A DNA stretch of 64,000 bases from NCBI GenBank assembly GCA_002269645.1, contig NIVC01002045.1:146068-210067 (forward strand), written 5' to 3'. Under the pieces are notes generated by a model, which saw only the letters and a program-made list of their open reading frames with translations, did no database searches and was not told the origin of the DNA. This DNA comes from Macrostomum lignano (Eukaryota). A program made the translations under genes and the position numbers. Below, in pieces: positions 1-11,900 of the stretch. Each line of letters starts with the position of its first letter. Position 1 is the stretch's first letter.

Positions 1-169
1 CTTTGACGTACAATTACATGACCAGCACAAAGTCTTTAATGTACTCTAAATGACCCGTAAAGGCCATGATATGCAGACCCGTACAAAGACTTTGAGGTCC
101 ATCTACTTCTTGACGCGTAACAGACTTTGATCTATCCCCTATCAAACAGGCGCAGACAATCATACACAC

Positions 170-3100
170 CTCGTCCAGAAACACCAGACACGGCTGCAGG
201 CGTCGAGCTTTAGCGAACAGATCGCGCACCGCTCGCTCGCTGGCGCCAACAAATTTGCTGAGCAGCTCCGGTCCGCGCACGGCCAGCAGACGGAGACGGA
301 GGTGGCGGGCCAGCGCCATGACCAGCATGGATTTGCCGCAGCCAGACGGTCCAGTCAGCAACACGCCAGCGGTGGCAGCGGCGCCGCCGCGTACGCGCTG
401 GACTAAGCGCGGGAATCGCAGCGGCCAGATGATGGCGCGCTCCAACACAGCTTTGGCCGAATCCAGGCCGCAGATCTGAGCGCGATCATTTTGACAGATT
501 TTTGTAGATGACAAGACTGGCTTTTAGTGGGTGTTTATAGCTACTCTTAGAGGGTGTTTATAGCTACCGTTAGTGGGTGTTTATAGTTAATTTTAAGTGG
601 GTGCCTATAATAGATATGTGTTTTAAGAGCAGAGTTTCAGTGGGTGTTTATAGCTACTCTCAGTGGGTGTTTATAGCTACCCTTATTAGGTGTTTATAGC
701 TACTCTTAGTAGGTGTTTATAGCTGCTCTTTGTAAGTTTATAGTCACCTTTAGTGGGTGTTTGGAGTTACTTTTAGTGGGTGTTTATAGCTACTCTCAGT
801 AGGTTTTTACGCTCGTTTAAGCTACTTTTAGTGGGTTTTTAAATCGGATGCTAGGTGTTCAGAACAGACTTTCAGTGGGTGTTTATAGCTTACCATCATT
901 GGGTGTTAATGGCGATTGTTACATGGTTTATAGCGCATATTAAAGCTTGTAGCTTGTAGCGGAGTTATGTAGCTCCTAGCTCCTTACCTGGTCATACTCA
1001 AGCGGCAGCTGAGCCCTAGCCGGATTGCACTCATCCCTGGCCTGCCTGACAGCGCCCAGAGCCACTTCCAACTGAAGCCTGGCGGCAGTGTCCGGGCTGC
1101 AGTATTCCAGAATCCGCTTGCACCTGGCGAACTCGCCCAGCGTCAGCTGCCGGCTAGCGGAGTCGGCGCCATCAGCGGAGAGCGTCAGCAGCCGGCGCAT
1201 GTCACCGGTGGGCGACAGGCGGATGTCCAACTGGCTGTCCGTGTCAAAGAGGCACTGACCGGCTGCCGAATCAATCAGCTGAGAATTTATAGGGCCGCCT
1301 GCAGTGGCCAGCAGCATTAAGCCGGGCTGGTGGCGAGCCCATTTCAATAGGCTGCGAATCAGGTGGCACAGGCGAACCAGCTGGACCTGATGGGCGGTTG
1401 CCAGGGGAGTAGGCAGCATAGCTTGAATCTATCACAGGCAATTGTCGGTGCGCATAGGCCTGCTGCTTTCAAAATTGAGCAATGGGCCAGACTGGCATGC
1501 AGTGAAGCGAATCGTCAGGCCCTCACAAACACACGCGCCTGCTAGGCTCAGACTGTACATTTGGTGCCCCGCTAGCTACTAGAAAAATGTGCAGAGTGCG
1601 CGCTTATCTATTAAAGCAGGCATAATTACAGACAGTGTACGCAGCTGCCAGGGGCAGGTAAACAGTGAAGACATTTAGCGAGTAGCTTACTACTGCCTCA
1701 GGGGTCACACACTGCAACGATAACAGATTCCGACAGGCGGCATTCGGGTTTGATTTGACCGCCGGCTTTAACACTTAGCAGTATATCTAGACTTTTATTC
1801 ATAAAGCTGAGTCGATCAAAAACTTTTTTCACGGCAGTGGGGAAGCATTTTATCACATTTTTATAAACCTAATTTACTAAACGAAAATCTTTCTAAATCA
1901 ATAGAGCTATAGGAATGGCACAACATATCAAAAGATGAACACTGGGTCTGCCTCCTATCGAAAGCAATAACAGTTTTCTGTGCTGAAAAATGAGGACTTC
2001 CAATCTCCGTAGTGTCTTTTTCGGCGAGAACCAGCCTCATAAACATCTAAGAAACGTAGGAAACGTCATCTACTTGAGGAGTCCTTGATTTTTTTAATAT
2101 TGGAGTTCTTGTAGAGGACTATGGCAACTGAAAAAAAGCTCAGACTGCAGGCTACCGAATTACACGAATCGAGTCCGGGACCCAGACAAAAAATCTCCGA
2201 ATGCTATTGCTACCTCTGCGCCGGTGCCGACTTGGCCGTCTTCAACTGGCGCGCAGGCAGCGTCCAGGTTGTCCAGCAGCAGGCCAGCGGGCGCCCGGGC
2301 CGCGGCAAGGCGGGCCGACCGCCACAGCCGCCTGCGCGCCGATGCGAACTCCAGCCGGGCCAGCCGACGGCAGTCCACGGCGTCGCCGGCGTGGAAGCCG
2401 TTGCGACGCAGCCGCGACGCGAACCGACACAGTAGCGCCGTTTTGCCTGAGCCGCCGCCGCCACCGCTGCTGTCATCTCGAAACAGAGTCAGGCAGCTCA
2501 GCCTGCTGGGACCGGCCACGGCCGCGGTGAACTGGCGAAACAGCTGACTGACTAGCGGCTCCAGGGCGTCAGCCAGCCAGTCTGGCAGCTGTTCGTTGTC
2601 GCCACCATCGCCATCTTGATCATTGACAGCGGCTGACTCAACTGTCGAGATGCCCAGCCGGGGTCCCAATTCGCGGCATAGGAGAGCGAATGGCAACTGA
2701 GGCGGCTGCTGCTGTTTGGCACTGCTCGGGTGGAAAATCAGCTCGGTCAGGCAGGCGTGATGGACACCGCTGTCTTCTGAAGCCAGTTTTTGTTTTCTTC
2801 TACTTTTTATGATCATACACTGGCTGCCGCTACCCTCCTGTGGGTCATACACTGGCTGCCGCTACCCTCCTGTGGGTCATTTAGTGGCTGCCGCTACCCT
2901 CCTGTGGGTCATTTAGTGGCTGCCGCTACCCTCCGGTGGGTCATTTAGTGGCTGCCGCTACCCTCCTGTGGGTCATACACTGGCTGCCGCTACCCTCCTG
3001 TGGGTCATACACTGGCTGCCGCTACCCTCCTGTGGGTCATTTAGTGGCTGCCACTACCCTCCTGTGGGTCATTTAGTGGCTGCCACTACCCTCCTGTGGG

Positions 3101-6100
3101 TCATTTAGTGGCTGCCGCTACCCTCCTGTGGGTCATTTAGTGGCTGCCGCTACCCTCCTGTGGGTCATTTAGTGGCTGCCGCTACCCTCCTGTGGGTCAT
3201 TTAGTGGCTGCCGCTACCCTCCTGTGGGTCATTTAGTGGCTGCCGCTACCCTCCTGTGGGTCATTTAGTAGCTGCCGCTACCCTCCTGTGGGTCATTTAG
3301 TGGCTGCCGCTACCCTCCTGTGGGGCATACACTGACTGCTGCTACCCTCCTGTGGGTCATTCAGTGGCTGCCGCTACCATCCTGTGGGTTATTCAGTGGC
3401 TGCCGCTACCATCCTGTGGGTCATTCAGTGGCTGCCGCTACCATCCTGTGGGTCATTCAGTGGCTGCCGCTACCCTGCTGTGGGTCATACACTGGCTGCC
3501 GCTACCATCCTGTAGGTTATTCAGTGGCTGCCGCTACCATCCTGTGGGTTATTCAGTGGCTGCCGCTACCATTCTGTGGGTTATTCAGTGGCTGCCGCTA
3601 CCATCCTGTGGGTTATTCAGTGGCTGCCGCTACCCTGCTGTGGGTCATACACTGGCTGCCGCTACCATCCTGTGGGTCATTCAGTGGCTGCCGCTACCCT
3701 GCTGTGGGTCATACACTGGCTGCCGCTACCATCCTGTGGGTTATTCAGTGGCTGCCGCTACCATCCTGTGGGTTATTCAGTGGCTGCCGCTACCATTCTG
3801 TGGGTTATTCAGTGGCTGCCGCTACCATCCTGTGGGTTATTCAGTGGCTGCCGCTACCCTCCTGTGGGGCATACACTGACTGCCGCTACCCTCCTGTGGG
3901 TCATTCAGTGGCTGCCGCTACTATCCTGTGGGTCATTCAGTGGCTGCCGCTACCATCCTGTGGGTCATTCAGTGGCTGCCGCTACCCTGCTGTGGGTCAT
4001 ACACTGGCTGCCGCTACCATCCTGTGGGTCATTCAGTGGCTGCCGCTACCCTGCTGTGGGTCATACACTGGCTGCCGCTACCCTCCTGTGGGTCATTCAG
4101 TGGCTGTCAAGCAATATAAAATCCAAATTAAAGACACAACTATAACAAATAATATTAATAGACTCACCGGTAAAGGCGAGCTTTCTATTGCCCAAAATCA
4201 AGGCCGGATTATCAGCTGTTCTTGTCCTGATAAATCCCTCCAGCGCCTGTTTGGCAGCCTGATAAAGGAAACGAGAATTGAAACACGGTCTGGATTATAA
4301 ACAGAAGCATTTGACGGGAATTATATAAATGGCAGTCAGTCTCGCAAGTCTAACAAGCACACAATCTCTCATACAAAAACACACATGTGAGCACAGCACT
4401 AACATGCAATTTGTCGGCTTTGCCAGACAATCGAAGCTCTTTTAAACGAATGCAGCCTTTGATTAAATCTGAGGTGACATCGGAGCCGGCGGTCTCGGCC
4501 TGAAGGACACGAGGCTTGACCAGCCGCAGCCAGGAGCCGCAGGCGATGCCAAGGGCAGCGGCGCAGGCTGGGGTCAACTGGAGACAGTCCGCAGGCACGG
4601 AGTCGCAGGGCAGCAGCTTCAACAGCAGAGGGCCGCCAGCTTTGGCTGATGACTCATCCATCACGGCTGACTCTTGCGGTCCTAACAGCTGGACTTCGAC
4701 CAGGCACCAGCTGGCACTGCGGCTGCCGCCGGCTGACCGCAGGTGGCGCGGACTGACGAGGCCGCAGTTTGGCTCGGCGATGCGGTCGGAGGCTTCGGGA
4801 ACTGCGCGAGCCTGCGGTTTTGAGTTTGAGACGTGCAGGCTTGATCATAATTTAAGGACTTTTGAATAGCAAAAAGCATGGTTTCGTGTTTTGTGTTACA
4901 GTGTGTCAGTGACGCATCAGCTTTCTTTTTGTGTCATAGCGTGTGTCAGTGACGCATCAGCTTTCTTTTTGTGTCATAGCCTGTGTCAGTGACGCATCAG
5001 CTTTCTTTTTGTGTCATAGCGTGTGTCAGTGATGCATCAGCTTTCATTTTGTGTCATAGCGTGTGTCAGTGACGCATCAGCTTTCTTTTTGTGTCATAGC
5101 GTGTGTCAGTGACGCATCAGCTTTCTTTTTGTGTCATAGCGTGTGTCAGTGACGCATCAGCTTTCTTTTTGTGTCATAGCGTGTGTCAGTGATGCATCAG
5201 CTTTCATTTTGTGTCATAGCGTGTGTCAGTGACGCATCAGCTTTCATTTTGTGTCACAGCGTGTCAGTGACGCATCAGCTTTCATTTTGTGTCACAGCGT
5301 GTGTCAGTGACACATCAGCTTTCATTTTGTCACAGCGTGTGTCAGTGACACATCAGCTTTCATTTTGTGTCACAGCGTGTGTCAGTGACACATCAGCTTT
5401 CATTTTGTGTCACAGCGTGTGTCAGTGACGCATCAGCTTTCATTTTGTGTCACAGCGTGTCAGTGACGCATCAGCTTTCATTTTGTGTCACAGCGTGTGT
5501 CAGTGACACATCAGCTTTCATTTTGTCACAGCGTGTGTCAGTGACACATCAGCTTTCATTTTGTGTCACAGCGTGTGTCAGTGACACATCAGCTTTCATT
5601 TTGTGTCACAGCGTGTGTCAGTGACACATCAGCTTTCATTTTGTGTCACAGCGTGTGTCAGTGACACATCAGCTTTCATTTTGTGTCACAGCGTGTGTCA
5701 GTGACGCATCAGCTTTCATTTTGTGTCACAGCGTGTGTCATGACACACCAGCTTTTATTTTGTGTCATAGCGTGTAATGACACCAGTTTTCATTTTGCGT
5801 CATAGTGAGTGTCATGACAAACTGTAAACATGGAGTCTGCAGACTTGTGCAGCTTCTCTGGGTCAGAGGCTCAGCAGTGTAAAAGGTCCGGTAGCGATGT
5901 TGGTATTTGAACTGACGCCAGCTGGCATCCTGAGTTTGGCATTCCCGTGGAATATCAAGACAGTTTATTTAGCTTTCACAAGCTCGAAATGTCCATCAAC
6001 TCACCTGTAGCAGCAGCGGGCGATGGTAACTCGGCCTTGAGCTGCTCGCAGGCGACACTCCAGCCGGTCCGTTCGTCAGCTGGCCGACGCAACGTCTGCA

Positions 6101-7312
6101 GGCGGCCCGCAGCCGCAGCAGCTGGCCGATGCCCAGGCCGTGGCCAATCAGCCAGCGGCAGACAAAATCCGCCAGCTTCCACAGAATGCCGGGCAACCAA
6201 GCTGGCCGGACTGCGGAGTCTTCATCACCAGCAACTGGCAATGCGGCCTCTTCTGCTGCAGGCTCTGCTTCTGTTGGCGAATTTCCTGGCGTTGCCAACC
6301 CGTTGCCAAGGCCAACAGCTCGTCCGCCGCTGAATTGACCATGCTGACGGCAGTTCAAATGCAGCGTAGTGCTGATGCCCAGCCGGCCGAATTTGTTCTC
6401 AATGCTGATTGGATGAAAGTTTTCCACTGTGCAGTACACCAGCTGGCCGCCGCACCACACTGGCAGCTGCATGCCGAGGTACACGAATGAGCACTGCAGC
6501 AGGAAGCCCTGCTCAAGCTCTGCCTCGCATTTGCGCTGCAATGCAGGGTTTGTGAGGATTTTTTATCTTTGAACCTCACAGGTACTTCAGTGTGTTTCTA
6601 TCCCTGATGCTCACAGGTACTTCAGTGTGTTTCTATCCCTGATGCTCACAGGTACTTCAGTGTGTTTCTATCCCTGATGCTCACAGGTACTTCAGTGTGT
6701 TTCTATCCCTGATGCTCACAGGTACTTCAGTGTGCTTCTATCCCTGATGCTCACATGTACATGTGGTTGCTAAAACTTGAACCCGGAGAATTTAGACTTT
6801 GGCATATAACTTACCAAAACATCCAAATCGAATGATGTCGCATCTAATGACACTGAGGATAGCAATGGAACAGTGCTAGGATCAATAACAGTCAGGGTTA
6901 CCTGAAGTATCGATAAAAAATATATACTTAGTATAAACAGAAGGCTAATGTAATTTAGACAAGAAAATAGCTGTTTAATTAATCTTACAAAGTCATCAGC
7001 GTTTAAGTGAAGTTTCTTGAACAAATAGTTAGGGATGCTTAGAACTGAAGATGGCACAGTGCCAACACAGGCTACAGAGCATGCCACGAATGCTGGCACT
7101 TTAGCATCAATGGATGCATACACAATCTGCAGTGTTAATATTTAATTGATGTAGTAAAAAATCAATGACTTGATAAGTGCATACAATATTGTTTCAAAAC
7201 TCACCCCATTTTTAACAAGACTGGCTGAAATATGTTGACTAGAACTGAGCTTGCATGTACATGTTTTTTCATAGTTAGTAGATACTTTGACATTGCTAAT
7301 TATCATAATCAT
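170..7312 (-). CDS. PEX1: Peroxisomal AAA+ ATPase PEX1 (multi-exon, 3' end beyond the left edge of the window)
   Basis: Inferred exons, with GT-AG boundaries and consistent phases: 7312-7205, 7126-6989, 6901-6815, 6535-6005, 4811-4404, 4258-4168, 2776-~2165, [unresolved link], 1428-988, 475-170. The D2 exon reads ICGLDSAK...GVLLTGPSGCGKS...VRGPELLSKFVGASERAVRDLFAKARRLQPCLVFLDE (Walker A/B with the PEX1-type GPELLSK.VGASE.AVRDLF). The degenerate D1 exon has GGSGKT...LLLDNLD. The N-domain exon LEQGFLLQCSFVYLGMQLPVWCGG...FGRL resembles the PEX1 N2 domain. Confidence 0.88.
520..905. repeat. Degenerate ~32-bp minisatellite (core TAGTGGGTGTTTATAGCTAC) in a PEX1 intron
   Basis: The core GGGTGTTTATAG recurs about 10 times with diverged spacers. 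Confidence 0.8.
2812..4110. repeat. 32-bp minisatellite, ~40 copies (TGTGGGTCATTYAGTGGCTGCCGCTACCMTCC), filling a PEX1 intron
   Basis: Period of 32 read directly (TGGCTGCC at 2821 and 2853). It accounts for the ORFs at 3320-4300. Confidence 0.97.
4895..5830. repeat. 40-bp minisatellite, ~23 copies (GTGTGTCAGTGACRCATCAGCTTTCWTTTTGTGTCAYAGC), PEX1 intron
   Basis: Units start at 4901, 4941, 4981 and so on; later copies carry 2-bp deletions. Confidence 0.96.
6577..6755. repeat. 35-bp minisatellite, 5 copies (CACAGGTACTTCAGTGTGTTTCTATCCCTGATGCT), PEX1 intron
   Basis: CACAGG occurs at 6577, 6612 and onward at the same spacing. Confidence 0.95.
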
Positions 7313-7655
7313 GCAATATAGACCATGAGTTAAAAATATATTTGTTTGGCTTTTATTGTAATCATTAGTGTTTAATATGTACTTAAATTTTTATATCACA
7401 TTAGAGACATAAAAAAATGGAAAATCACTAGACAACAAATAAGATAGCTATCTTGACTTTGTTTTTGTCTTTGCAAAATCTTAATAACTTTTGTTTTGAT
7501 CCTAATAAAAAGATGGCAACAATATTTTGAGACTAGATTTGAGAAAATTCTTTTTCATAGTAATTTAGATATCCATTTATTTAAATATTGAATAAACATT
7601 TTGGTTAAAAAATATTAAAATAAATCATAAAACAAATTTCATTTTAATACAGTAC

Positions 7656-8958
7656 TGAGGCGGAAGGCCTTATAGTTTCAATAGATGGAATGGCAGCCAA
7701 GAATTTGCGCTGCTTTGCGCGTATATTTATATTACAAAAAGCGCGAGATTATTGAGGGGCCTAGGGAGGTGCGCACATGTGGCGTGGCGTGATTGGCTAC
7801 GCCAACCCTCCTGGCTTAGCGAGCCGGCTAGCGCGGTGCGCCACCACCCCACCTCAGCTAAACAGAGGTTGGTGGGGGGGGGTTTCCAGTGCGGCTGCAC
7901 TGGTGCTGCCGGTCGCGTAGTCTGGCCGCCACACAGCTCCCCCCAGCACCGAGCTAGACCACGAACGTCGGGTAGTAGCCGAGGCAGCGAGAGCGCCGAG
8001 GAGCGGGCGCCGAAGGCGGCGGGGGCGCGAGGCGGGCGCCGAAGGCAGCAGAGCGCCGATGGCAGCAGGTCGCCGAACGGGCGCCGAGCGGTCGCCGAGC
8101 GGTCGCCGGGCGGGCGCCGAAGGCGGCAGGGGCTCGAGGCGGGCGCCGAAGGCGGTGGGGCGCCAGGAGGGCGCCGAAGGCAGCAGCAGGGCGCCAGGCG
8201 GGCGCCGAAGGCAGCAGCAGGGCGCCAGGCGGGCGCCGAAGGCAGCAGGGCGCCAGGCGGGCGCCGAAGGCAGCAGGGGCGCGCGGCCGGACCACACCCG
8301 AGGCAATCGACAGTCAGTTGCCGCCGTGAGCCGGATCGATGCTCCTGCACAGAGGCTGGGGACGTTAGGCTAGCAGCAGCGGTGCTAACCTAGAAGTAGC
8401 TGCAGCGTGTGGCGCTGGTTGGTCCAACGCGGGGGCCGAAAGGCGAGACCCCAGGAGCTACCGGGGGCGGGCTGACTGGGCCGATTCGTGCTGCTGGGCT
8501 GCGGTGCTGCTGTGCTGCGGTGCTGCGGTGCTGCTGTGCTGCAGTGCTGCTGTGCTGCGGTGCTGCTGTGCTGCTGTGCTGCTGTGCTGCTGTTGCAGTC
8601 GGCCAAGGCGGTTGGCTGCCAGGACCGCACAGGGCCGACCAGGTAGGCCCAGCGTTCCGCGCTGGGAGTCGGGCTCACCAATGAGGCGGAAGGCCTTATA
8701 GTTTCAATAGATGGAATGGCAGCCAAGAATTTGCGCTGCTTTGCGCGTATATTTATATTACAAAAAGCGCGAGATTATTGAGGGGCCTAGGGAGGTGCGC
8801 ACATGTGGCGTGGCGTGATTGGCTACGCCAACCCTCCTGGCTTAGCGAGCCGGCTAGCGCGGTGCGCCACCACCCCACCTCAGCTAAACAGAGGTTGGTG
8901 GGGGGGGGGGGTTTCCAGTGCGGCTGCACTGGTGCTGCCGGTCGCGTAGTCTGGCCGC
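7656..8958 (-). mobile_element. Non-autonomous miniature LTR retroelement (TRIM-like): two ~280-bp LTRs, a PBS, a PPT and no pol
   Basis: Direct repeats at 7656-7935 and 8682-8958 are identical except for a G-run (9 vs 12 G) and the outer end of the right copy. On the minus strand the LTR ends ...CCTCA, followed 1 nt later by TGGTGAGCCCGAC (8680-8668), a 12/13 match to the tRNA-Trp primer site TGGTGACCCCGAC. The PPT GGGGGGAG (7944-7937) precedes the TG-starting 3' LTR. Each LTR contains TATAAATA (7731-7724 in the left copy). No target-site duplication was found. Confidence 0.8.
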
Positions 8959-11900
8959 AGTCTGGCCGTAGTCTGACCAAATTATAGATAACCATTAACA
9001 TAGCAATAATAAAATATTTAAATAAATTATTGTTATCTAAAAAATACCTTGTTCAATGCCTCGAAAAAATACATTTAAAAGCACTAATAATTTCAACTTT
9101 GTCCAAATACTAATAGCTTAGTTAGGGACTGAATAAATTATTATGTATATAGCATTTTCATAGAAAATAGTATACCATATTTAGTTTTCATGGCTACTTT
9201 TGTGACACAAAATTTGGTTTGTTTATTCATTGCAAGGTGGGTCTAAGATCTATTTCATTAAGTTCATTAGTCTCAATAGTAGATTAATTTTGCATTTGTT
9301 TTTTATGAGATATTATAATTAACCTTTTATCTAGTTAAATTAGATATTAATTAATAAAAATATTTTGTTACTAATTTTTACAAAGTCACTCAAAGTCAAA
9401 TAGCCTTTTTGTTAAAATTTTGGTATAAATTTTTAGGAAACTTTATTTTAAGATAAAGCTTTTATTCTAGTATGCAATACTACATTATCTTGATTCTAGC
9501 TTGTGGACCTTAGATAGAAAAGAACAAATGAAAAATGGACTAAGAAAAAAGTATAGACTAGAAAGTTAAAAAATTCTTTGAAAGACTCTAATATTAATAA
9601 GATTTTGAAAGTTATTTTTTATTAATATTTTATTCTAATTGGTATCTTATTTGCTTAAAGTTAAATAAAGATATCTCAATATTGAAAATTGGTAAAATTA
9701 AATAAGTTACAAAAAATTTTGTATCTTGAAATTCATTTAGTTAAGAAAAGATTTTTGTTGCAACATATAAATATATTATTAACTTTACAAGCTGGCTAGA
9801 CCCTGGGAAAGAATATGGCTTAACCTCCATAGTCAGGAAGGTGGCATGTGTACACCGGAATGAAATTTGGGCAGGGCTACCTATATACGCCAAATGTAAC
9901 CATATGTATGCCAAATATACTATAATGCACACTGAATATACTGTAATGTACCCATGCATGCCAATTAGTTAATTGTTTATCAGCTTATTAAGGCACTGAA
10001 TGGACACTGATTTTCTGCTTTTTATAGTATATATATGTACATTTACCATACATGTACATGCATTATCATTTACACGATCTCAGTTATTGCTAGTCATGCA
10101 GTGATACATGTACATTTTAACTATACATTTTATACATGTACAACTCAATATGTAGTTTTCGCGTCGATAAAAAATTTTGCATTTAAAAATGGCAATGAGG
10201 GATTCTACTTATTTAGTGGCTGAAAATAAACAAACTTCTACTAAAAATACATGTATTTTGTTTTGCATGAGCAGTAAATTGAAAGTAGAAAAGTGAGTAT
10301 CACTTGTATTAAACTTTGTTTTTCTAAATTTCAATTTCAGAAAATTTTGATTTCAATTTTGATTTGGAAAGTAGCAAATTTCAATTTTGATAGAAAATTT
10401 GCTTTTGGAACATCTTTATACATCATGCCACATATTTGCGGCGTACATGGCATATGTTAAATGTACGCCAACTGTTGCAAGGCAGACCAAATATATGTCA
10501 AATATCTTTGGCTATGCAGATGCATGTTGGAATTTTCGACGAAAAAGGCCACCTTCCTGATTATGGCCTAACCTAGTCTTAAATCTTTGCCTTTGCAACA
10601 ATGCCTAAATAATTGTTGCTTTACCCTTTAAAAGAATATAAAAACACATTTCCGTGCTATTTTTATACTAAATTTATAAAATAAGGCCAAAAATAAAAAA
10701 ATAGGAAAAACATATGCTTTTAGAAAATGGAAAACCATTGCAAAATTAAAGGAATATAACAAAGGTTAGTAAACACAATAGAATATAAACATATTTGACC
10801 ACAAAAAATAAAGAAAAAAATTAAGATAGATAAATTTTTTCATATACCCCAATAAGAGGCCAGAAAAAATTGTTTTTAAGTTTTTGTCCTTTGAAAAACA
10901 TAGATAGAACTTTTATATGATACTTTCCATTAGACCTATACTAGCCACATTGTTTCTAATGTAAAAAATTACTTGTTCATTTACACAATGGTCAATATTG
11001 ATTCAAAGTTGGAACAAATATATATGTAAATTTCTATTTAATAGAAATTTTGTGCAATTTCTTTTTCAAATATACATTGATATTTTTCTTCTGTTGTATT
11101 ATCCAAAATGGCATATAATATAGGCCTAAACAAGAAAAAACAATGATCTCATTGCCAGCTCTTCTTACAATTCTAATAATGCTAATGGCACCAATGTCAT
11201 TAGATAAATGGTAAGGTAACTATTACCACTGCTTTATAGGAGTGACTTGTCATCTTAAAAGTCAAAGTTGATTTTAATTTTACTTCAAGCTTCATTGCAT
11301 TGAACATTTATATTTGCATGTAAGCATGCATATATGTGCTCTTTAGTCATGAATACACTAGCCATACAACTTACTTTTTGATCAAGAAACAACTTAACTA
11401 TGAAAGAAGCATAGGTAAAGTTAATGTAATGTTCTTGTACGATTATGTAAATAGATTATGTAAATACGATTATGGGTAAATAGTAGGAATAACTGTAACT
11501 ATCTGTATTATAATGGCTAAATGCCTTGTCAGCTAATTAGTACTTAGGCCTACTATGTCTGTGTACTCATGTAAAATCACTTTTTTTGTTGAATTGAATT
11601 TATCACAGCGACATATATAAATTTTATATAGTACTTTAAAGTTAAAAGGTAAGTTACATTTCGAAACCACCATTAATGCATGACTATAATATAAAATTTT
11701 TAAAGCAGAGAGGAACACATAAAAAACGTTTTAAAACAAAGCCTTATGACTGTTATGAGCTTTCTAAAACAAACCCAGACGCTCAACTAAACGCACTAGA
11801 CGCATCAGTTAAAAGGTATTGTGTCATTTATTATTCTATAACAAAGCTTAAAATAGCTTTTGTTTTAATATCTATGTCTAAAGTAATTGCCGGTAAAGTT

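Noticed and set aside
3320-4300. 326-aa and overlapping Cys/Trp-rich ORFs
   Set aside because: Products of the 32-bp intronic minisatellite, antisense to PEX1.
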